From Oopsacas minuta (Eukaryota; Animalia; Porifera), in contig JAKMXF010000112.1 in assembly GCA_024704765.1 (NCBI GenBank), forward strand, positions 1 through 20,527: DNA of 20,527 bases, read 5' to 3'. Both the position numbers and the translations under genes were made by a program. A model generated the notes under the pieces. That model searched no databases, had not been told where the DNA came from, and saw only the letters and a program-made list of their open reading frames with translations. Positions 1 through 9,500 of the stretch are shown here, in pieces (the first letter of the stretch is position 1; the number at the start of each line of letters is the position of its first letter).

Positions 1-77
1 AAATGAATGAAAGTTTCAAAGTAGACTAATAAAATATGTCTGAAAAGATGGATGCGGAAAAATATCCGACAGATTAA

Positions 78-275
78 TGGTTTCATATCAAACGGCAAAT
101 CTTTTCGAGTGCCCCTCGTAACTATTATACTAATTTCTCTTGTCATATTTGCGAAGATCAGCCTTCTACTATTATTTTGGACGGCATAGAAATGGGAACT
201 ATCAAGAACTTTCCGGACGATTCAAATCATGTAGATGAACCACAAAAACTTCTTATCATACCAGTGACAGCGTGA
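78..275 (+). pseudogene. Possible relic of a KDZ (Kyakuja-Dileera-Zisupton)/HMGXB3-like transposase segment
   Basis: A stop-to-stop frame contains FSCHICEDQPSTIILDGIEMG (135-197), which resembles the F-x-C-x2-C-x3-P-x2-hh-x-DG-x3-G pattern I recall from this family. Not confirmed by a search. Confidence 0.3.
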
Positions 276-1982
276 AACTCCACCCTAATCTATTGCAGTA
301 TAGCAAAGTTATGAAACGATGTACTTATTCGCAAACTATCAATTTTAACAATCCCTAGCCACTTGGGCTAAAATAAAATATTTCATGTTGTTTGATTTAA
401 ATAATCCAAATTAATAGTCTCTCTCATCTACTATCAGTCAAAAGAAGCTAAAAGAAGTGATTAAAAACAAATATCTAGTGAATATATGCCGCTCTAACTG
501 ATGGTTGAGAACAGAAGTCGAATGCTTCTCTGTTATTCATTATTGCAATAATGTAAGAAAATCAAAAGAAGGAAAATTAGAAAAATGTGAACAGGTCTAG
601 ATAGAATTGAAAAATGGTTACCGTCGCGTCATTTCGCGGCCCTGGAAATTGTGTTAGATTACAGCTAATGGATTAGCTTTCATTTAAAAGTTTAAAATGA
701 TTCGCCCGCGATTGCCCACGATATATTTCTGCACTATATCTACAAAATAAATTCGTCCGACACACCGAAAACTAATGGAAAGTATTTTGCAAATTTTCTT
801 AGTCGACTGAGAGCCAAGCTCTGATAAATGAAAGAAATTCATCTAAGTGCATATACTCTACATTGAAATAGCAAAATTTGCTTTACTGTCACTAGTCTAG
901 CATTTTTACCACAGTACACTTGTGTGGTTACTACAAATATCAAATGAAACTTTTGGCCTCAATAAATATACATTCTATTAGAGAAGAATTACTCAACTAT
1001 CTAATGACATTGAAGTCTCTAAATTTGGCTGCCTACGTTTTAGAGGGCGAGGAATTTAGCTAAAACAAAATTATTCAGATCTGAGCAAAATTTTACCCTA
1101 TTTCCACTCATTTGCCCACTGTGTACCTCGAGGCGCAATGCGACGATCTAAGGGGCCCGTATAATATAAATAATCAAAGCTACCGTTAAATTTAGATATT
1201 CTATGAATCCATAATTTTTACAGCTCTAGAAGTACCGATTGCTTAGCTAATAAATATTTAACATCTAAGAACAATAGAAATATTACAGATGACATAGTGC
1301 TATATAATGAATATTTTTCATTTATTTCCAGCAAAAAACTATAACCAATATAAAAATTCTAGAACAGTACGAAGGTGTAGAATTTTTCTCTTTCGAAAGG
1401 TGTGAAAATTTTGACACCTTCTTTTCATAATTTTTCCTAGAGTACAGACAAAGGTTAGACTAGTGTGACCGCTGCAACTATAAACCGAACGGACCAACTC
1501 CTATTCATGACTACCAGAACTGGACTGGACGGATCTTTGTAAATCACGAACCCGACAGATATAGAAATATTACGGACCGGACAGCTGCAACAATATTATG
1601 TGGGTTAGCAAAGTAGACTGAGGTATTCTACACAAGTGCGAATAGCGACCCTAACAATGCCTAACTAATGGAAGGGCTCCGCGGAGTCCCAACAATTGAA
1701 CATGGAGTCCGCAGGTGAAAGAGGTTTAGGACCACTGTTTTACACAATAACAACGAAAGTTAATCCAACCAGCATTAATTCATTAAAAGAAGCAGAAAAG
1801 TATTAAAGCAAGCATTAAACAAGACAAATTACTTGCATTTCATTAAAAATCATATAAATCTAGAGTTTCTGATAAATCATTTCAAAATATATAAGTTGAA
1901 AGTGTTAAATTATGTAAAACCCAGAAGACTTTACAATTCAGTAAAAATTACAATAGGCTGTATGATCATGATATGTATTCAT

Positions 1983-3554
1983 TCACTTCTCCAACTCACG
2001 CCAAATAGTAAATACAATAGTATCGCGGTCGTATTCATTCGATTTCGAAGGTATTAGCTTTTTTGGGTTCCTCAGAATACTAAGTCCTTCGCCTAAAGCA
2101 GCAAGTAAAATGCTTTCGGAGTAAGCTCCTTTCGAAGCAAATTTGAAGTTCTTGGTGTTGATAGGGAAAAACGAATTCCTATTAAGACACCACTCAATCT
2201 CTGATGGTAATTGAACAATATGCCTCACGTTACCCAAGAACCACCTGTACACAGAGTGAATTTCTCCATTAACATTATAGCGTATAATACATCCATCACT
2301 TGTACCGACATATAAACGTTCTTTAACAGCTAATAAAGATTTGATCGATATCCTTGCAGAATTGTCAGGGGTATTGATTGCATTAGCTATGTTAATGATT
2401 GAAGGCTCAGAAATGTTATCTATATCCCAACAAACAATAATAGAACGATTCATTACAGAAGTCCATACTTTCGTAATAGTTTTTTCTTCATCTTGGTAGG
2501 TTGCACTGGTGATATGGTGTAGTTGTTGTTCAATGTAATTTGATTGAAGTTCTGTTAACCGATACTTGTATTCTTTTTGTATCGGGAGATGAACTATAGT
2601 AAGTGGATTTGGGATATTACCACGTGTGCACCATATTTGAAGTTCATTGTTCTTTCGAATGGTATGGACACGGTTGATGGCTGATGCTATAGGATGTGGA
2701 GACAAATGACAGGTTAAGTTTGTGGTTAATCCCTTGCTTTCCAGGTCATCATTTAACCAGAAAATATCACCTAAGCTCGTAGTAGCAATGACACAATTCC
2801 ACTCCTTCAGATGTTGTAGGTCAAGTATATACATATTAGCCTTTACGTTCGTAGGGTCTCGAGCTAAAGCTTTAAAATACGGTCTTGACTTATGATTTGA
2901 ATTTAACTGCAGCTCCCGCATGTCAGGATATATCACAATTTCTCCTTTATCTGTACCTAGCCACATACTATTCTTAATAATACAGATAGCGTTAACTCGG
3001 GATTTAAACAGCTCTTTGTCACATTCATATAGTTTGATAGACATGTTCTGATCAGAATTAATCGACAGGAATGACAGGCAGCGCTCATCACTGTCTTTCA
3101 ACAACTTATCATATGATACGAACATCTGACAAACATGTTCACAAGTATAATTCTCAGCCATCTCTCCCTCAGACATTATCAAATCATCTAATCCTTCAAA
3201 CTTGGTGTTTATGTAGGGAGATTGAGCTGGTATGTGTGAACTCTCATTCAGTTGGCCTTGGATGGATGGACTGGCATTATGTAGCATCCTCGTTTTGTGT
3301 GAATACGCGTGAATTCCAGCACGAAAAGATGTTACACGATTTTTAGATTTTGTCTCTAAACTCTTAATCCTATGAGGAGGCATTGTACCCTTGCCAATAT
3401 CTATGCAGTTCATAGATATTTCTTTCTCATTAATAACATCTTGCTTCTCAAGAGAATTAGAATGTCCTCTGTTCAATTGTATCCCTCCAGATTCTAACAT
3501 TTTCCAACAGCTATCCAACGTGGAATCTGATGAAGGCGAAACAAATTGGTTTAC
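1983..3554 (-). CDS. LRRK-like terminal exon F: Ser-rich linker plus WD40-like beta-propeller
   Basis: Acceptor catttactttag|GTA at 3554 is in frame with the 511-aa ORF; stop TGA at 1983-1985. Propeller-like strands such as VNAICIIKNSMWLGTDKGEIVIY and IKSLLAVKERLYVGTSDGCIIRY. The WD40 call rests on pattern and position, not on a profile search. Extra exons in intron 3555-7316 cannot be excluded. Confidence 0.8.
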   Translation of the reverse strand, partial: VNQFVSPSSDSTLDSCWKMLESGGIQLNRGHSNSLEKQDVINEKEISMNCIDIGKGTMPPHRIKSLETKSKNRVTSFRAGIHAYSHKTRMLHNASPSIQGQLNESSHIPAQSPYINTKFEGLDDLIMSEGEMAENYTCEHVCQMFVSYDKLLKDSDERCLSFLSINSDQNMSIKLYECDKELFKSRVNAICIIKNSMWLGTDKGEIVIYPDMRELQLNSNHKSRPYFKALARDPTNVKANMYILDLQHLKEWNCVIATTSLGDIFWLNDDLESKGLTTNLTCHLSPHPIASAINRVHTIRKNNELQIWCTRGNIPNPLTIVHLPIQKEYKYRLTELQSNYIEQQLHHITSATYQDEEKTITKVWTSVMNRSIIVCWDIDNISEPSIINIANAINTPDNSARISIKSLLAVKERLYVGTSDGCIIRYNVNGEIHSVYRWFLGNVRHIVQLPSEIEWCLNRNSFFPINTKNFKFASKGAYSESILLAALGEGLSILRNPKKLIPSKSNEYDRDTIVFTIWRELEK

Positions 3555-6500
3555 CTAAAGTAAATGTTAGATCAATCACAAAAGTAACTTTTCATGTAAT
3601 GTTGAGACCCGGGATAACGATTTGAAATACAGTCTGGATCACTTATTATTAACCCGTTTACTATGAACCAGAACTGAAATGGGTCAATGGGTCATGGGTC
3701 AGGATTTATAGATCATGACCCATCAATAATCCTACGCATATACAGTAGAACTCAGATTTAAAGTACCCTCAAGGGAGAGGAAAAAATTGTACGTTATAAC
3801 CTAGTTCTACTGTACTAAATTTGGAAAAAATAAACTATTCTGCTTATTTATATGTATCATGATTGAAGTAAAAACAAATGTACATTTGCGATTTGATCCC
3901 CCTCCTTGTGACACACCTTTGGAATCAAAAGGAATGCGGTGGCCCCGTCATATTATACACCCCTAGGTAACGTGATGTTTGAACAGCTACATTTTAACTG
4001 TGTTTTCTTGGGACTTAGGATGGGTCATGTAGGTCATGGGTCAGAGACCCCATCTGTATGAGAGACTCTATCTGTATGCAATACATTCATGATTTGGCCA
4101 TAGCATCGAAGGTTGTCAATTTATGGTGAATATTTGCAAAAATATGCCATTCATGGTCACTACTATAACTCTGGGACTCGCGAACTATATAATGACAAAA
4201 TTTTGATATTTTGTACAGCAACATCCTTCGATTCCATGGTATCTATTTTAACCGTATATGTATTAATCTCCTCTCACAGAGTTCCAAATCTAGAGCATTT
4301 TTCTGACACACAGCCAGGGGACAAAAGTATTCGACCACACAATATATTGTCATAAATTGTATACTCTTTCCCGCTCCTATATATTGTGTAGTCTATATTC
4401 GTAGCTGCTATCTAGTAATTTGTATAGAATAACATATGTTTTTCAAGAATTTCAAAAAAATATTTTAGATTGACACTTTTTGAAGGTGTTAATTATTAAT
4501 AATTATTAGATAATTATTGATAATTAAAATATGTGGTAATTCAAAACCTATTAAGAATCTATAATTTCTGACTTGATATTTGAATTCTACGTAGGCGAGT
4601 TACCCCAGATTGAAATTTCCAATCGGATTGAGCAATTTTTACCAAAGTTATAGATGAATTTCAATTTTGTGCCATTTGTGCCACCTTTTGCCCAAGGTGG
4701 CACAAGTGGCCGCTACCAAGAGGTTATTTTGGAATTCAAGGGTTAGCATAGTCATATCATTCGAAAATATTAGTTCGACTTATTCCTCCTAACCCTAGTT
4801 GATTTCCTTGTAGTGGCGCTTTTTCCTGCCACCTGTGCCACTTTTTTCAAAAAGTGGCACAAGTAGGACAAATTGAAATTCTTTTATAACTTTGGTAAAA
4901 ATTGTTCAATCCGATTGGAAATTTCAACCTGGGGTAACTCGCCTACGTAGAATTCAAATATCAAGTCAGAAATTATAGATTCTTAATAGGTTTTGAATTA
5001 CCACATATTTTGATTATCAATAATTATCTAATAATTATTAATAATTAACACCTTCAAAAAGTGTAAATCGAAAATATTTTTTTGAAATTCTTGAAAAACA
5101 TATGTTATTCTATACAAATTACTAGATAGCAGCTACGAATATAGACTACACAATATATAGGAGCGGGAAAGAGTATACAATTTATGACAATATATTTGTG
5201 TGGTCGAATACTTTTGTCCCCTGACTGTATTTGCTAAATAAGCAATAAGATGACGTTATTTGGCCTGAAAATAGTTTGTAGATATAGACTGTGAGCAATG
5301 TAAATATCAATAATACATTTATTAGATCAAAAATGTACCGTTTAAACTTTAAATTTTATCGCAACTAATAGAATTCGTTAGCAATTGGCTTGACGTATCC
5401 CTGGTCCAAATCCTTAAATTAGCACAATTGCCTTAGCATATAGAATGCTATGGTACAGCTAATATTATTGTTAATTGCTATTTTCGATTTCCAATAAGAT
5501 AATGCAGTCAGGATTGCATATTGTGAACAGACTGAAGACCATGGTACCAAAGACCAAACTGTATTTTAGAACAAGAAAAATTCCACCACATAGTGAAAAT
5601 ATCAGGACTGGAACTTCATAATACAGGACTTAAAACTATTATTCACAATGGATGGCGTGTATTACCATATTTTCGAATATATTGTCCAAACACTATTTAA
5701 GATATGCCCCTCAAATGTATTACCAACATATATAAATACGGTAACCGCGTTCACTCTCGTCTTCTCAAATTTTGCTGTGTCATCATCTGACTACCTAATA
5801 AGCTATTTTTGATGATTTGGAGTATTTTCCGAGGCTGTTTTAACCCTTAATAATTAAGTTAGATCTTCGATATCTACATGGTATCATGATGCATGCTGAT
5901 ACATTTCTCTGTTGCTATGCAAATATACATGAACTGATTCTAGCCATACCTGGAAAAATATTGATGCTAGACCTTAATTCTGATATTAGTGTATCCGCAA
6001 TAGGTGATTCCTATTCATGAATAAACATTTGCGACATCTAACTCAACGATTAATAAGTTATTACATCATATATAGTGAATAACTTATCAATAGTAGGAGT
6101 CAGATGCAAAAATGGATTATTCATGAATAAGAAGTCAGATATGGCGGATATACTAGTTTCAAAAGTAAAGGTCTGGCATCAATATATTCCAGGTATGACT
6201 AGAATCTGTTCATATACCATCAAAAATTCCATATTTTTTCGAAACAACCACATACAGGGCGTTACCCAGGCGTATGCGGCGCTTACAGGCGGCTAAATTT
6301 GGGCAAATATATCTCTATGGGCAGAAACTCCTATATCATAATGCAAAATATATAGTCTAGGCGTATGGCCCTGAGATCCTGGATGAAACTCTGACCACAT
6401 GATAACATGATATCATGTAAATATCGTTGGTCTAAAATAAATATTTATTCAGGGTTAAAAACAGCCTCGGAACATACTCCAAATCATGTAAAATAGCTTA

Positions 6501-9500
6501 TTAAGTAGTCAGATGATGACATAGCAAATTTTGAGAAAACAAGAGTGAACTCGATTACCGTATTTATATATGTTGGTAATACATTTAAGGGGCATATCTT
6601 AAATAGTGCTTGGACCATACATTCGAAAATATAGCCATCTACTCGCCATCCGTGGTACTAAGAAAAACATGTCAGTTGTAAGCCCTGTACTACGAAGTTC
6701 CCGATCAGATTATCCATTTAGTGACTTTTAGCCAATATTTGACCACTTTTAATGTCTATTAGTGCTATAGTTTAACTGGACCAAATCCAACTTCGTAGCA
6801 CCGGGCCTGATCAAATGACTGTCATTGAATGACGTATTATAATTGAATAAACTTATCATAATGACAGTTATTAAATACATTTCTCTTTGGTTTGCTGTGG
6901 TGAAGCAAGATGCCAATGGTGCATGGCGTTGTTAGCAACCCCAATAATCCAGATATCGCTAGCATCTCCAGTAGTCAGGGGTTGCTGCTAGGGCTACTAA
7001 CAATTGCCCTGGTTTACCAAATTATCGGATTATGCAGGTGAATTTGTATTGTCGGAAGCTATTTCAGAAATAGACATTGTCGGATTATACAGGTGTCAGT
7101 TTATGCTGGTTCCACTGTATAATATAACTCTACAATTTGTAAACGAAATATCGACAAGATTGGGTGGGGCGTACGCCCCCAAGCTCCCTCCTTACGTACA
7201 CCACTGGCTCTGGGTGAGACCCGACCAATAAGAGTCGATGGCAACTCTACATAGTTATATTACAGTTTAGAAACTAGATAATAAATACAACCACACATAT
7301 AGAGGTAATTAATTACCTTCTCAAGTAGCGGTTCAACTAAAAGATCCATTGAGTAATGAGTTCTGATGATAGACTTGAATTGACCTAATTTGATTGCAAC
7401 ATGGAGCTGAGCGTTACGCATCTCAGGGGATTGTATCAAATCTACAAGTTCACGACTATTAGTTCGTTTTTCTGGGTCGTGTTCTACACACATTCGTACT
7501 AAAGAGTGCAGCATTAGAGGGAAATAATGCTTCTGTTCTTCAAAGTATATCAATTCTGAATAGTCAGCAGGGTTAGTAGTAACAGTGAGTAACTGATATA
7601 TAATAATTCCAACAGCGTAAATGTCAGCCTAACAGAGAAATTACAAGAATAAGTAACATGGGTTGAGTGGGGAAATTTTGTCGACAAAAAATAACGAGAA
7701 AGATGATAGAATATCCACAGATTGAATTGATATTGGTGAATTTATTATGTCAGGATAAGTGAAACGTCGTCAATTAGTGGCTGAGTGGCTGGCTAGCATA
7801 GACTACAATAATTAAGGACTGTGGGCTGCAAGCTCAGTCCTGTAACTTATGTCCATTGTGTTTTCTTGATATCCCCTAATTCGCTAAAGTTAGACTACGA
7901 AAATATATTATTGTTGGATAGGAAGTCATATGTTGGGAGTTGATTAATCAAATGGCCTTACCCAAGGGTGTTCAAACTTTTAAACCTACGGGCCACTTTA
8001 AAAATTAGACTCCGCCTTACGGGCCACAAATCATAGATCGCCCTTGGCTTTAGTTTAATCAAATTTCAAGCTATACTATTTGACATCAGATTGTATTAAA
8101 AATGGATTCTACTTGTAAATTCAGTTTATAGACTTAAATTATAATGTTTTAAATGGATTCGAATCATTTGATGTCTCTATTGAACTCAGCTTGTTTTCTA
8201 GCAATTGGACAATAGTACTAAACCTAGATTTGGGGTATACTATGTACTGTCCATACTAAAGTAACATTGCAGAAAATCTCGGCATTTCAATTTAGGTTCT
8301 GCCTCATAGGTTATACTTGTCATGCTCAAATAATTGATAGAATTCGTAAATGCAAACTATAGTTACCAAATACTTTATTAATACTGGGAACATTAATGCA
8401 TTTGTAGTGTATCTATAATTATTTCTATATGGTGTTTGAAAAAACAATTATTATCTGACTTCCGAGTTAATGTATGAAATTTCAGATATAAACTTTTACA
8501 CAAAATATTAAAACTTATCATGATAAAGTTTATAATATTTTGTGTAACAGTGTATATCGAAAATTCATACATTAACTCGGAAGTGAAAGATGAAATATTC
8601 AACGTTATACGGGCCATTACAAGCCATATCAAACAATTGTAGATTTTATCGGGGGCGCTGCTTCAGTTCAAATTTCAAGATTGTCATTAGTTAGAATCAA
8701 CTTTTAGTCTATTGTAACAAGTTCGAATCGAATTCAGACTGTTGTTACAAGTCAGAATCTACTTTTCCGAGATATCGCGTGGCAAAACGAGGCCCGGCGA
8801 AAACTTTTTATTGCAGTAATTATAAACCCGTACCATTGGAAGGGGATAAGGTATTTAGTTCACTACCTTATGGATCTGGGAGTTTCATTTGTACTCGTTA
8901 TTAAGCTACCTAGGGGCGGGGATGTGGACTTCATGGTAATTTTGTGTTTGGATAGACTTTAGTTGGACTAATTATTAGTAAACTCTGCAGAATGGCGGAC
9001 CATGGATTTTTTGTTTTTAAACTTGTGACCACAGTCTAAAAATCCATTCTGCCTTGTGACAACAGTCGGAAAATCGATTCTAACTTGTTCCAATAGACTA
9101 AATATCGATTCTAACTTGTTACAATTCAGAAATTTCTAACTAATGACAACCTTAAAATTCGAACTATGCATGCACCAATGCTTACTGGACAAAGTTTTTG
9201 GCATATTCCTGAAATTCTTTAGCGAATAATGGTTGATAATTTGTTGTTCTACAAATGTGCAATATATTTAATCAGGCAAAATGCACCGTTTCTGCCCTCG
9301 GCCGAAACAACATCCCTAGTCCAAAATTCAAATTTTCCCTATGTTCTTATGTATAGTTGGCTATCAGGTAAGAAAATCTGACTGAATGAGTCGTTACATA
9401 TGGATCCTCATTGTATAATAACACATTTCTCATGTCTAACTCAAATTGGAAGCGATATTTTGACATTATCAACATAATGTGGAAAGGTGTGAAAAACCAC

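Noticed and set aside
1100-1123. CACAGTG-starting end (minus strand) resembling a Transib TIR or RSS heptamer
   Set aside because: Only one end; no partner, 5-bp TSD or properly spaced nonamer is visible.
3071-3346. Plus-strand ORFs 1833-2057, 3071-3346, 10479-10682 and 16705-16917
   Set aside because: Short and motif-free; antisense to real coding sequence wholly (3071, 10479, 16705) or in part (1833).
7026-7119. TA-flanked GGTTCCACTG end with two CGGATTAT(G/A)CAGGTG motifs
   Set aside because: Probably a pogo-like MITE right end, but no matching left end was found, so boundaries are unsupported.
9030-9135. CRISPR-like array from ~30-bp recurring units
   Set aside because: Few degenerate units, no unique spacers, eukaryotic intron; these are subterminal repeats of an inverted-repeat element.
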